Assembly: GCA_945861065.1 (NCBI GenBank)
Contig: CAMASI010000012.1
Coordinates: 8,139 to 72,138 of the forward strand
Source of the DNA: Klebsiella pneumoniae
GTDB lineage: Bacteria > Myxococcota_A > UBA796 > GCA-2862545
Direction of reading: 5' to 3'
DNA: 64,000 nucleotides
Positions 25,801 to 34,321 of this stretch are shown piece by piece; the first letter of the stretch is position 1; each line of letters begins with the position of its first letter. The notes beneath the pieces are model-generated. The model was not told the DNA's origin. It saw only the letters and a list, made by a program, of their open reading frames with translations, and did no database searches. The translations under genes were made by a program, and so were the position numbers.

Positions 25801-27371
25801 TCGGTCAGGGTGAGGGCGCCGTCGCCACAACCGAGCCCTTCCAACTCGCAGCCGGGCGAACACCCGTCGCCGGGTGAATGGCCGCCGTCGTCGCACGCTT
25901 CGAAGGCGTCGATGACGCTGTTGCCACACGATTCAAGCACACAGTCGGCAGAGCAACCGTCTCCGCCGAGGTCGCCTCCGTCCTCGCAGGTTTCGCCGGG
26001 GTCGAGCAGCCCGTTGCCGCATCCTTCGAGCACACACCAAACGGCACAACCGTCCCCCGCCGCGTTGTTGCCATCGTCACACGCTTCGCCAGGGTCCAAG
26101 AGTCCGTCGCCGCATCCGGCCCCGCTGTACTCGATGTCGCAGGTCGCCCCGCAACCATCGCCCTCTATGACATTGCCGTCTTCGCACCCTTCGCCCGGAT
26201 CGAGCATTCCGTTCCCGCACCCTTCGGCCACGCAGAATCCGTTGCACCCGTCGCCCGGGTTGTTGTCCCCGTCGTCGCAATCTTCGCCGGGATCGGTCAC
26301 CCCGTCGCCGCAGGTGGCCGCTATTTCCACGACACAGGCCGCGTCGCAGCCGTCTCCGCTCAAGCCGTTGCCGTCCTCACATTGTTCGCCCGGGTCCAGG
26401 TACGGATTGCCGCACACTTCAACCCAGCAACCGCGCCCGCAACCGTCGCCTCCGACCACGTTTCCGTCGTCACATTCTTCGCCGGGGTCATCGCTGCCGT
26501 CGCCACAAGCTGGACCGAAGGCCTCGACAAAACAGGCGGAAGAACACCCGTCGCCATCGTTCGCATTTCCGTCTTCGCAAGCTTCGCCGAGGTCGAGGTA
26601 GCCGTTGCCGCAGCCCTCGATCCAGCATCCGTGGCTGCACCCGTCGCCGTCATCGGGGTTGGAATCGTCACAGGCTTCGCCCGGCGCCAGCACACCGTCT
26701 CCACAAAAGACGGCCTCAAAGTTACAATCTGCGCTGCAGCCGTCGCCGCTCTCCCCATCACCGTCTTCACACTGTTCGCCGGGGTCGAGCACGCCGTTGC
26801 CGCACACTTCGAGCCGGCAGGTGGTGCCGCACCCGTCCCCCGCCACAAGACCGCCGTCGTCGCACTCTTCTGCGAGGTCGGTGGCTCCGTCGCCGCAACT
26901 GCCGGGCGCCGCGATCACCTCCACCTGACAAGCGCTGTCGCAACCGTCGCCTGAAGCCGTATTTGCGTCTTCGCAGGCTTCTCCCGGGTCGATGACGCCA
27001 TTGCCGCACACTTCCACGTCGCAGCGAGGCGAGCAGCCATCCCCGGCGGCGAGGTTCCCATCGTCACAGGATTCGTCGGAATCGATGATTTCGTCGCCAC
27101 AGCGCTGCGCGGGTTCGACCGTACATTCTGACGAACACCCATCGTCGCTCGCGGAGTTTCCGTCTTCGCATTGTTCACCGACAGCGACGTCGAGCACGCC
27201 ATTGCCGCAGTACTCTTCGGACGTGCACAGACTGTTGCAGCCGTCACCGGACTGGCCGTTCCCGTCATCACACAGCTCGCTAGCCTCTACGACCGAGTTG
27301 CCGCAGGCGCCCACGACCGGGGCTACGTCGCCACCGCAGGCCGCCAAAAGAACGAAGAACAAAGCGCGCAA
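22845..27371 (-). CDS. Giant lipoprotein with about 20 myxobacterial cysteine-rich repeats followed by an FG-GAP/VCBS repeat region
   Basis: Lipobox VLLAACGG. Repeats of the type CGNGVLDPGEQCEDGN..SGDGCS..C fill the N-terminal half. Repeats of the type GD.NGDG..D.V fill the C-terminal half. Confidence 0.85.
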   Translation of the reverse strand: MRALFFVLLAACGGDVAPVVGACGNSVVEASELCDDGNGQSGDGCNSLCTSEEYCGNGVLDVAVGEQCEDGNSASDDGCSSECTVEPAQRCGDEIIDSDESCDDGNLAAGDGCSPRCDVEVCGNGVIDPGEACEDANTASGDGCDSACQVEVIAAPGSCGDGATDLAEECDDGGLVAGDGCGTTCRLEVCGNGVLDPGEQCEDGDGESGDGCSADCNFEAVFCGDGVLAPGEACDDSNPDDGDGCSHGCWIEGCGNGYLDLGEACEDGNANDGDGCSSACFVEAFGPACGDGSDDPGEECDDGNVVGGDGCGRGCWVEVCGNPYLDPGEQCEDGNGLSGDGCDAACVVEIAATCGDGVTDPGEDCDDGDNNPGDGCNGFCVAEGCGNGMLDPGEGCEDGNVIEGDGCGATCDIEYSGAGCGDGLLDPGEACDDGNNAAGDGCAVWCVLEGCGNGLLDPGETCEDGGDLGGDGCSADCVLESCGNSVIDAFEACDDGGHSPGDGCSPGCELEGLGCGDGALTLTEGCDDGNLFDGDGCSSSCVLDTCGDGNLDAGELCDDGDLDDTDDCPSTCRPATCGDGRIHSTGELCDDGNLFPGDGCSPACLLETCGNGALDPGEICDDANDNETDSCSVCQPASCGDGFIWDEFERCDDGGVADGDGCSSDCLSTEACGNGVIDGGELCDDFNIDDDDACPSNCLPASCGDGFIRDAIEACDDGNLIDGDGCSSVCILDGCGNGAIEEGEECDDGAANGAHGGACFESCLSATVSFDAALIAPLDNNPLAHGDGPRYLDLGDVNGDGRIDVVVADELSDEFTVAIGLPSGDLWPPQTRVSGVRPSGIAIADVNKDGHLDVVSAANGNDRLDTFTGAGRAINELAKSSTLISLGGKSPLGIVLADFDGDGDLDAASADQGTDDVVVLFGSGGSTFVANAKYVTFVAPAGDGPIDVAYGDVTGDGVGDLVTANQFSDDVTVLKGLGAGTFVLSGNFTTRVGPGGDQPVEIVLVDFTGDGVKDVVTANYVSNDVTVLVANGVGGLGAPVRFETLFGVGATSGQGPHGLAAGDLNGDGQFDLVTADLDDDDISVLFGLPGGAAFDPAIGIHVGSGADGDGPDDVVLGDLDSDGDLDIVVACELSADLVVVLNQGDGTFSVPRSYRAWPGYVGDVSADYVALGDINEDGLLDAAVSLSDGGFVAVLAGLGDGSFTSSQSVGVADALFSVDIGSIGLSGLPDVFALSGTTSLAYVGLQNPSGSFGTTSATSTGGGGEFGTAGALGDVDGDLDLDAVFVAEFDDGLVSMENVAGLLTFESVVFPCNGPRDVQLIDMDEDLVLDAVMACRFDHSLHVARGTGTGAFSTGAAMVLTSVGIAGKDPVSLVVEDLDGDGDLDVLLANEDTNDVTYLGGTATPLVFAPPKVVPVVVGGAAALTADVATGDFNGDGLLDFVVSNPGRDSVSFVLGLGAENWSAAVEVVVPADQPYGVGVWDLNADGLDDVVTSNFGSDNLTVLLGLD

Positions 27372-27450
27372 AACACACCCCGTGCCGTGGAGTATCCCAC
27401 AGCCCGGGTGACCGTCATCGTAGCGGCGCTCCCAGGTTCGAGCAAATCAG

Positions 27451-27548
27451 CGGCGGGCCATGGGAATCGAACCCACCGGGCGCCGCCTCTCAGCGTGCCC
27501 CGACCGGTTTTGAAGACCGGGACCTGCACCAGCATGGCACGGCCCGCC
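27451..27548 (-). tRNA. selC: tRNA-Sec (selenocysteine, anticodon UCA)
   Basis: The reverse complement reads GGCGGGCC-GU-...-CCGGU-CUUCAAA-ACCGG-(about 27-nt variable arm)-GUGGG-UUCGAUU-CCCAU-GGCCCGCC-G. It has an 8-bp acceptor stem with a 5-bp T stem (the bacterial 8/5 Sec fold), a 4-nt D loop, a UCA anticodon flanked by U33 and A37, and a G discriminator. No CCA is encoded. Confidence 0.85.
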
Positions 27549-27614
27549 ACGCCCTTGCTAACGCGGCAGCCGCTTGACGCCTCCGACCGACGTACGTTAG
27601 GTCGATAAGACCCC

Positions 27615-28208
27615 ATGCCCGCCTACCTTCTCGCCGTCGCCACGAAAATGGCTTTCGCGAACGGTGCCGGTTGGTCCCACTTCGAGGACCGACCCGGCGT
27701 TGTGGAGACCTTCGATTCGGTCCGCTCCTATGGCATGCCGCAGATGATGCAGGTCATCGAGGACGTGGGTGCGCGGCTGGCGGCGATTCACCCCCAAGCC
27801 GACGCCCTCGTCGTCGGCGACATCAGCGCGCTCGGTGGGGGCCCGCTGGAGGGCCACGTCACCCATGACCGCGGTGTCGATGCCGACCTCGGCCTGTTCC
27901 GACAGGGGGGATTCCAGCCCAATGGCGGCTTCGTTGACCTCGCCCCAGCCGAACTCGACTTGGCGCTCAGCTGGGACCTGATCCGACTCCTGCTCGATAC
28001 GGGAAAGGTCGAGTACATTCTGCTCGACCAAGAGCATATCGACGCCCTAAAACGCTACCTCGTCGTCGAGCGCCGGATGGACACCGACCTCGTAGACACG
28101 GTCTTCCCGTCGCAGGCAGCTTCGTGGAACCTCAAAGGTGTTGTCCGCCACGCGCCGCGACACGCGAGCCATCTGCACATTCACGTGGCTGGCGACCCCA
28201 CCACGTGA
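27615..28208 (+). CDS. Penicillin-insensitive murein endopeptidase (MepA / peptidase M74)-like protein
   Basis: GHVTHDRGVDADLGLF resembles the H.SHQ.G.D.D zinc motif, and the C-terminus has HASHLHIHV. No clear signal peptide. Confidence 0.5.
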   Translation: MPAYLLAVATKMAFANGAGWSHFEDRPGVVETFDSVRSYGMPQMMQVIEDVGARLAAIHPQADALVVGDISALGGGPLEGHVTHDRGVDADLGLFRQGGFQPNGGFVDLAPAELDLALSWDLIRLLLDTGKVEYILLDQEHIDALKRYLVVERRMDTDLVDTVFPSQAASWNLKGVVRHAPRHASHLHIHVAGDPTT

Positions 28209-28218
28209 CAGCAACGCT

Positions 28219-29748
28219 GTGAGGCCCGCCCCGGGCGGCGTGGTGGCAGCGGGCCACTCGGCCACAGCCGACGCAGCCGCAGCACTCCTGACGGCAGGGG
28301 GCAACGCCATAGACGCCGTCGTTGCGGCCGCGGCTGCAAGCTGGGTCGCGGAACCCTGCTTGACCAGTGCCGGCGGTGGCGGAATGCTCCTGATGGGCGA
28401 CGGCGCTTCCTGGGAAGCCGTGGACTGTTTCGGTATGGTGCCCGGCACCGGCTTGGATGCGGCCAGAAACCTCGATTTCCACGAGATCGCGGTGGACTTC
28501 GGACCCGTCCGCCAAACATTTCATGTCGGACGGGGGTCCGTAGCCGTGCCCGGCTTGCTCGCCGGCCTCCTCGACGTGCATCGTCGGGCCGGTCGCGCGC
28601 CGCTGACCGATGTGCTCGCGCCCGCGGTCCACCTCGCACGCAGCGGGGTCGCCCTCACAGAGGCGATCGCGTTCATGCTGCGAATCATCGAACCGATCGC
28701 CCAACTCACGCCGGGCACACGAACCCTCTTCGGGTGCCACAACGGCATGCCCGGAACCGGGACAGTCCTCACCAATCCCGATCTCGCGGGCTTTCTTGAG
28801 GCGCTCGGACACGATGACGCTCAAGCCATCGGTGACCTCTGGGTCCCTGGCCTTCTTCAAACGTTCGGCCCAGACCAGGGCGGCCGGCTAACGTCCGCCG
28901 ATCTCCGGGCTTGGGCACCGGTTTCTCGTCCCGCACGCGCCACGCCCTTTGCCAACGGTGTCGCCTTCACCATGCCACCGCCCGTCTCAGGGGGCGACAT
29001 CGTCGCAGTGGGTTTGCGCGCTGCCGATCGCCTCGGCTTGCCCAGCAAACCACGAACCGACAGCTCGCGATGGGCCGACATCGCCCGTTGCCTGGCAGCA
29101 CAAGCCGCTGCAAGAGGAACCCACATCACGACGTTGGACGACCGAACGATCGACGCATGGCTCTCCGCCGTGCCGGGCCGGGAATCTCGGGTTGCCGGCA
29201 ATACAACCCATGTGAGCGTGATGGACGGCAACGGCCAGTTCGCCGCATTGACCCACAGCAACGGCGAGGGCTGCGGCCACGTAGTGCAGGGCTTGGGCGT
29301 TCACCTCAACAACTTTCTCGGAGAGGAGGACATCAATCCCCTGGGTTTCCACATCGCACCCCCAGGAAGCACGCTCTCCACCGCAATGGCCCCCACTGCT
29401 TGGGTCCGCGGCGCCGATGTCGTCGTCGTCGGCTCAGGCGGAAGTAAACGAATCCGGTCCGCAATCGCCCAGGTCCTCATACATATCGCCTCCGGTGACA
29501 CGCCCGCCGCCGCCATTGCCGCTCCCCGGTTGCACGTGGAAGGTTCGCAACTCAGCTACGAAGCCCAAGGGCTTCCCAACGAAGCGGAAGAAACCCTGCG
29601 AGCACGATGGCCAAACGCCGTCCGCTTCGACGAGCCCAGCATGTTCTTCGGGGGCGTTCACGCCGTCGGTCGCTCAAATCACGAGCCCTGGGCGGCCGCC
29701 GACGGGCGCCGGGGCGCCGCCGTACGTTTCGCGCTCACAGCCCAATGA
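28219..29748 (+). CDS. ggt: Gamma-glutamyltransferase family protein
   Basis: GGVVAAGHSATADAAAALLTAGGNAIDAVVAA, and GNTTHVSVMDGNG with the autoprocessing/nucleophile Thr. The start is uncertain. GTG 28219 was chosen so that it begins after the upstream stop; the ORF track starts at 28138. Confidence 0.8.
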   Translation: MRPAPGGVVAAGHSATADAAAALLTAGGNAIDAVVAAAAASWVAEPCLTSAGGGGMLLMGDGASWEAVDCFGMVPGTGLDAARNLDFHEIAVDFGPVRQTFHVGRGSVAVPGLLAGLLDVHRRAGRAPLTDVLAPAVHLARSGVALTEAIAFMLRIIEPIAQLTPGTRTLFGCHNGMPGTGTVLTNPDLAGFLEALGHDDAQAIGDLWVPGLLQTFGPDQGGRLTSADLRAWAPVSRPARATPFANGVAFTMPPPVSGGDIVAVGLRAADRLGLPSKPRTDSSRWADIARCLAAQAAARGTHITTLDDRTIDAWLSAVPGRESRVAGNTTHVSVMDGNGQFAALTHSNGEGCGHVVQGLGVHLNNFLGEEDINPLGFHIAPPGSTLSTAMAPTAWVRGADVVVVGSGGSKRIRSAIAQVLIHIASGDTPAAAIAAPRLHVEGSQLSYEAQGLPNEAEETLRARWPNAVRFDEPSMFFGGVHAVGRSNHEPWAAADGRRGAAVRFALTAQ

Positions 29749-29766
29749 CCTCCGCAATTCGAACTT

Positions 29767-30396
29767 CTACTCCTCAGGCTCGGTCGGGTCGAAGGCAAAC
29801 GTCGCCACTTCCTCCGCTAGGCCTCCAGTCCAAGCCATCGAACCGACCCACTGCCCGTCCGAATAGTTCGCCACGATCAGCAGATCGGTCTCCGCAGCGG
29901 CAGGCACCCAGAGGCTTCCACGCACATCGCTCGACGGAATGGCACCTACCAGTTCGACGGTGCCGTCATCCATGGCGGTGGCCGACCCCGAAAACACCTC
30001 ATCCAACAAGCCGTCCCCGACCCACAAGGAGGCCACCACACTGACCTCATAGGCCGGCCGGCAAGCCGGAGGCTCGCCCGAAAGCAGTCGCACTTCGGCG
30101 TCTTCAGAATGGAATTCCAACGAACCATCCAGCGAGCTGTCACCCACCAGCACGTCGCCGCCCCACCGGCCACTCGCCGCATCCAACAGCACTCCGGCGG
30201 GGAACGCCATCCCGGCCGCGGTGGTCGCCGGGTCATCGACCAAGCTGGTGCTCCCGCAATCCGCAAACACCTCCGGTTCGTGCAAAGTCAGCGTTTCCAC
30301 CTCGACCTTGGGTCCAACACACGCCACCATCAGCCCAAGGCAGACGGCCTGCAGCGCCAACCCGATTGGGAGTTTGACCATCGCCTGCTTGTCCAT
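29767..30396 (-). CDS. Hypothetical lipoprotein
   Basis: Signal peptide plus lipobox MDKQAMVKLPIGLALQAVCLGLMVAC. Confidence 0.55.
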   Translation of the reverse strand: MDKQAMVKLPIGLALQAVCLGLMVACVGPKVEVETLTLHEPEVFADCGSTSLVDDPATTAAGMAFPAGVLLDAASGRWGGDVLVGDSSLDGSLEFHSEDAEVRLLSGEPPACRPAYEVSVVASLWVGDGLLDEVFSGSATAMDDGTVELVGAIPSSDVRGSLWVPAAAETDLLIVANYSDGQWVGSMAWTGGLAEEVATFAFDPTEPEE

Positions 30397-30521
30397 GCCC
30401 CAGACTACCCAAGGAAGGCGCAGCACTTGTCACCACACGTCACGAGTCGTCGCGTTCCGTCACAACAGCATCGAACCGTGAAGATCTGACCCATACCCCG
30501 CGGAACCTTAAAGGAACGTCG

Positions 30522-31286
30522 ATGTGGACGATCTTGATCGCCTGCGAGGCCACACAATCCGCGGTGCGCCATGCGCCGCCATCGCCGACCAGCGCGCCGA
30601 TAACCACGGCAGACGAAACCGGCGGCCCCGCGAGCCGGTCGGAGCCCACAGACACCGCGGCCGCACAAGAACCTTGCCCGGCAGGCATGGCGACGGTCGG
30701 TCCCTCGCTGTGCATCGACCGATGGGAGGCTTTCCTCGAGGGACAGTCGCCGTACGAGGTTCCGAGCGAGGGCGTGGCCGTTTCGGCGTTGGGAAGCGTA
30801 CCCCAAGGCTACATCTCTGGCGACGTCGCCGAACTCGCTTGCCTTGCTGCTGGCAAGCGCCTGTGCACGTCGACTGAATGGCAACTCGCCTGCAGCGGCG
30901 AGGCGGGACGGACCTATCCCTATGGAGATCTGTACGACGGCGACGCCTGCAACGACACGCGGACCCAACACCCCGTGGTGGAACTGTTCGGTGCTGACGC
31001 AGATTGGAGCACGGCACAAATGAACGACAGTCGGCTCAACCAGCTCCCGGACAGTCTGGCCGCGAGCGGTGACTTCGCCGCCTGTGTGACACCCGAAGAG
31101 GTGGCTGATTTGCACGGAAATCTGCATGAGTGGGTCGCTGACGCAGCGGGTAGTTTTCGCGGCGGTTTCTTCGTCGACGCTGTTCTGAACGGGCCAGGCT
31201 GCAGCTACGTCACGACGGCCCATGACCGCAGTTACCACGACTATTCTACCGGATTTCGTTGCTGCACCGACCCAACGCTTCCGTGA
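30522..31286 (+). CDS. Formylglycine-generating-enzyme (FGE/SUMF1) family lipoprotein
   Basis: Lipobox ILIAC. CPAGMATV..LCIDRWE...RLCTSTEWQLAC...DLHGNLHEWVAD...GFRCC is the typical FGE-sulfatase fold signature. Confidence 0.75.
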   Translation: MWTILIACEATQSAVRHAPPSPTSAPITTADETGGPASRSEPTDTAAAQEPCPAGMATVGPSLCIDRWEAFLEGQSPYEVPSEGVAVSALGSVPQGYISGDVAELACLAAGKRLCTSTEWQLACSGEAGRTYPYGDLYDGDACNDTRTQHPVVELFGADADWSTAQMNDSRLNQLPDSLAASGDFAACVTPEEVADLHGNLHEWVADAAGSFRGGFFVDAVLNGPGCSYVTTAHDRSYHDYSTGFRCCTDPTLP

Positions 31287-31412
31287 CCGGCCGCGGAAAC
31301 TGATTTCGCAAAGAATCCCGAACCAAGATGCCCGCACTTTCATGTTACATTCGCCATGCGGCTCCCCGCCGCGTCAGCTCCCGTTCCCTCCCCTCCCTCC
31401 CCGGCAATCCCC

Positions 31413-32876
31413 ATGCTACCACTGCTTTCCGCGTATGCGTTGGCGCAGGCTGTGCCTGCAATCGATGGCCAGACGTGGCGCCCGCCGTTGGATTCCACCA
31501 CGACCGTATGGACTGAAACGAGCGCCGTCGGTCCGGACGGATCCGGCTCGGCCGCTGCATGGATGTCCTACGCCTACCGTCCCTTGAGGGCGACCGACAG
31601 CACCACGGGCGAACGCATCCCGCTGTTGTCGGACCTGTGGCAGACGAACCTGACCGCTCATGCCGCGTGGGAAGGGCTGCGGCTCGGCGCCGATCTTCCC
31701 CTGGTGATGTTTGCCGGCTCCGCGGTCGCACCCGACGGCGCAGGCCTCGGGGACACCGCGCTTGACCTGAAATGGGGAATCACCGATCCCCAGGATGCGC
31801 CGCTCGGCGCCGCGCTTGGGGGCAAGTTGATCCTTCCGACAGGCTCGCTTCGAGCGCCCGTAGGCGCGTCGGCGATCGGTTGGGAAGTGTACGCAGTCGC
31901 TGAACATCTGGAGGGGGACTTCTCGGTGATCGGCAACGCCGGGCTCCGCGGACTTCCTCGCGGAACCTGGGGCGACTTGGTGTGGAACGACCAGGCTTTC
32001 GGCCGGGTGGCCGGCACCTACAAGCCCGTTGAACACCTGGGCGCAAGCGCCGAGTGGGTGGTGCAAACCCAGTTCTCGCCCAGAGAGAATCCTGCGGGCA
32101 CAGCAACAGAACTCGTCGCCGGAGGTTTGTGGTCACCACGACGCGACCTCGTCGTGCGCGGCGGTGTCGGTGTGGGGCTCTCCACCGCTCCGGGCACGGC
32201 GGGTTTCCGCTCCTTGGCGAGCATTGCCTGGGTCCCCGACCCGCATCGCGACCGCGATCTTGACGGACTCGCAGACCGCGCAGACCGCTGCCCCATCGGT
32301 GCCGAAGACCGCGACGGTTTCGCCGACGACGATGGTTGCGTCGACCCCTCCAGCCATGTGTCACTCCGGATTTCCGACAGCGCCGGCAACAACGTACCTG
32401 ACGTTGTCGTGCTCGTAGACGGCCCGGAACACAAGCGGTGGTCCGGCGGCGACCTCGACATCGAGTTGCACCCAGGGACCTACAAGGTCACCGCATCCGC
32501 CCCAGGCTACTTGACCCTGGAACGCGACCTTGTCGTGCCCGAGACGTTTGCCGTCCGCCTCATCGACACGTTGGTCCCCATCATCGGCACGGTGTCCGTG
32601 CGAGCCGTAGACCTCGCTGGGCGACCCCTGCAAGCCTGGGTGACGCTGTCGGGGGGCGAGGCGATTCCAGCCGACGGTAAGCCAATTCAAACGTCAGTCG
32701 GCGAGCATACACTCGTCGTCTCGTCGCCCGGTCACGCCGCTGCAACGGCGAGCCTTGACGTGCGCCTCGGCGAAGCCCGCGAATGGACCGCCGTGCTCGG
32801 CACGCTTCCTACGCTGTCGGTCGTGCCGCGCCGACCGACCGACAACGAGGGTGGGACCGCAACCGCCAGCCCATAG
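31413..32876 (+). CDS. Secreted protein with a beta-barrel-like N-domain, a thrombospondin-type-3 (Ca-binding) repeat and carboxypeptidase-regulatory-like beta-sandwich domains
   Basis: Signal peptide MLPLLSAYALAQA. DRDLDGLADRADRCPIGAEDRDGFADDDGCVD is a TSP3/OmpA-type repeat. LHPGTYKVTASAPGY and GEHTLVVSSPGH are CarboxypepD_reg-like. Confidence 0.55.
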   Translation: MLPLLSAYALAQAVPAIDGQTWRPPLDSTTTVWTETSAVGPDGSGSAAAWMSYAYRPLRATDSTTGERIPLLSDLWQTNLTAHAAWEGLRLGADLPLVMFAGSAVAPDGAGLGDTALDLKWGITDPQDAPLGAALGGKLILPTGSLRAPVGASAIGWEVYAVAEHLEGDFSVIGNAGLRGLPRGTWGDLVWNDQAFGRVAGTYKPVEHLGASAEWVVQTQFSPRENPAGTATELVAGGLWSPRRDLVVRGGVGVGLSTAPGTAGFRSLASIAWVPDPHRDRDLDGLADRADRCPIGAEDRDGFADDDGCVDPSSHVSLRISDSAGNNVPDVVVLVDGPEHKRWSGGDLDIELHPGTYKVTASAPGYLTLERDLVVPETFAVRLIDTLVPIIGTVSVRAVDLAGRPLQAWVTLSGGEAIPADGKPIQTSVGEHTLVVSSPGHAAATASLDVRLGEAREWTAVLGTLPTLSVVPRRPTDNEGGTATASP

Positions 32877-32909
32877 CGGCCGCAGACCCCCCACAATAGG
32901 GCCGCGCCG

Positions 32910-33368
32910 ATGCTTCTCCTCCTGCTCGGTTGCGGCACAACGCCCGAAGAATCAACGCCCACCGACACCGCCCCAACCACGGGCACGGTGGCGCTTCACT
33001 TTCAGCTCGATTCCGTCTTGCTCAGCTACGTGGATCAGCCTCCCGTCGGCGCCTTCTGGGGCTCCATCTACCTTTCGGAAGATGTCACGGGACTCGGGCC
33101 TTCTGAAGACGCGCGTCCCCTCGAAGACGTGTTCGTGGTTGCCGTGGACCTGTCCGACCTCACCCTGCCTGCCCTTTACACCACAGCCGCGCTGCCCGTG
33201 GGGCGCCTCACCGTGCTCGGCTTCGTGGACACAGACGGCAACGCGGTCACCGACAGTCCTGACCCCGATGACGGCGACCCCGTCACGTTGCCTGGCGAGA
33301 ATGGTTTTGACGTCAGCGCCGATACGACCACCGACGTCACCGTGTTTTTCGGTCTCCTCAACCCTTAG
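32910..33368 (+). CDS. Small lipoprotein, beta-sandwich-like
   Basis: Lipobox LLLLGC followed by a T/P-rich linker. Same strand and close spacing as the neighbouring genes. Confidence 0.55.
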   Translation: MLLLLLGCGTTPEESTPTDTAPTTGTVALHFQLDSVLLSYVDQPPVGAFWGSIYLSEDVTGLGPSEDARPLEDVFVVAVDLSDLTLPALYTTAALPVGRLTVLGFVDTDGNAVTDSPDPDDGDPVTLPGENGFDVSADTTTDVTVFFGLLNP

Positions 33369-33376
33369 GGGCATCC

Positions 33377-34321
33377 ATGTTCTTCCTACTCGCAGCGTGT
33401 TCGCCCGACGTCGATTTGCCAGAAGGCAGCGCGTCTGTCTCCGAGGTCGAAGACCTCCGTCGCGATGACTTCCCATTGCCACCCGAGGGCGGCATGCAAT
33501 GGATCACACCGGACTACGTCATTCCCGCATTCAGCGAACAAATGATGTGCTGGGTGACGACCTGGGAGGGCGAGACCACCGGGATCTCTGGCTTGTACAC
33601 GTACCAAAGCCCGCTCGGACACCATGTCGTCGTCAATCTCACCAACGCAGACCCTACCGCACTTCCCGACGGCTCCACCTTCGACTGCACTAAGACCGAA
33701 GACCTTCCAATGACCGAGCTTGAACCACTCATGGTGGGCGGCGTCATCGGCGGCGCGGAAAACAACAACGAGGGCGCCGTGGTCCTCCCAGAAGGCATGG
33801 CGACGCGCCTGGCATCAGGCTCCCGTCTCATTCTACAGTCACACTACGTGAATGCCACGGCGAACGACATTCTCGTTCGCGACGTGGTCAACGTGGCCTT
33901 CGTTCCAGAGAGCGAAGTGGACATCTGGGCGGCCGCCTTCGTGCACGTGCAGACGGACCTTGCGATCCCCGAGGGCCCATCTTCCATCGACTTTAAATGT
34001 ACCTGGGAACAGGACGCGACGCTCCTGTTCCTCGGCGGACATATGCACGAATGGGGCGCCTCATTTTCGACGAAATATACCCCGATCGGTGGCGAAGAAA
34101 CCGTGATCTACGACATTCCAGCGTGGGATCCGTTGTACCGCGACGCGCCTCCGGTCAACGACTACCAAGCAGCCCCCTGGGTTGTGTTTACCGGAGATAG
34201 TTTCACCACGCATTGTGCCTGGGACAACGACACCGGCGGCGTTCTCGAGTTTCCCGCCGAAATGTGCGTGACCTTCGGAATGTTTTACCCGTCGCAAATC
34301 CCAGTCGTGTGTGAGTCATGA
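33377..34321 (+). CDS. Type-2 copper monooxygenase-like lipoprotein (PHM/DBH family)
   Basis: Lipobox LLAAC. All six Cu-ligand positions of peptidylglycine monooxygenase can be matched. GHHVVVN and LQSHYVN align to the CuH site (HH...H). GGHMHEWG and AEMCVTFGMFYP align to the CuM site (HxH...M; compare DEMCNLYIMYY). Confidence 0.7.
   Translation: MFFLLAACSPDVDLPEGSASVSEVEDLRRDDFPLPPEGGMQWITPDYVIPAFSEQMMCWVTTWEGETTGISGLYTYQSPLGHHVVVNLTNADPTALPDGSTFDCTKTEDLPMTELEPLMVGGVIGGAENNNEGAVVLPEGMATRLASGSRLILQSHYVNATANDILVRDVVNVAFVPESEVDIWAAAFVHVQTDLAIPEGPSSIDFKCTWEQDATLLFLGGHMHEWGASFSTKYTPIGGEETVIYDIPAWDPLYRDAPPVNDYQAAPWVVFTGDSFTTHCAWDNDTGGVLEFPAEMCVTFGMFYPSQIPVVCES

Noticed and set aside
22845-29748. 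A genomic island integrated at selC, a classic integration hotspot in enterobacteria
   Set aside because: There is no integrase, excisionase or phage/ICE gene on either side. I found no direct repeat of the tRNA 3' end. The neighbours (giant lipoprotein, MepA-like, GGT) look like ordinary lineage-typical genes.
20637-31286. The FGE-family gene (30522) as maturase for the sulfatase-like gene (20637)
   Set aside because: The sulfatase-like protein lacks the C/S-x-P-x-R recognition motif. The two genes are 8.5 kb apart, on different strands, and separated by unrelated genes and a tRNA.
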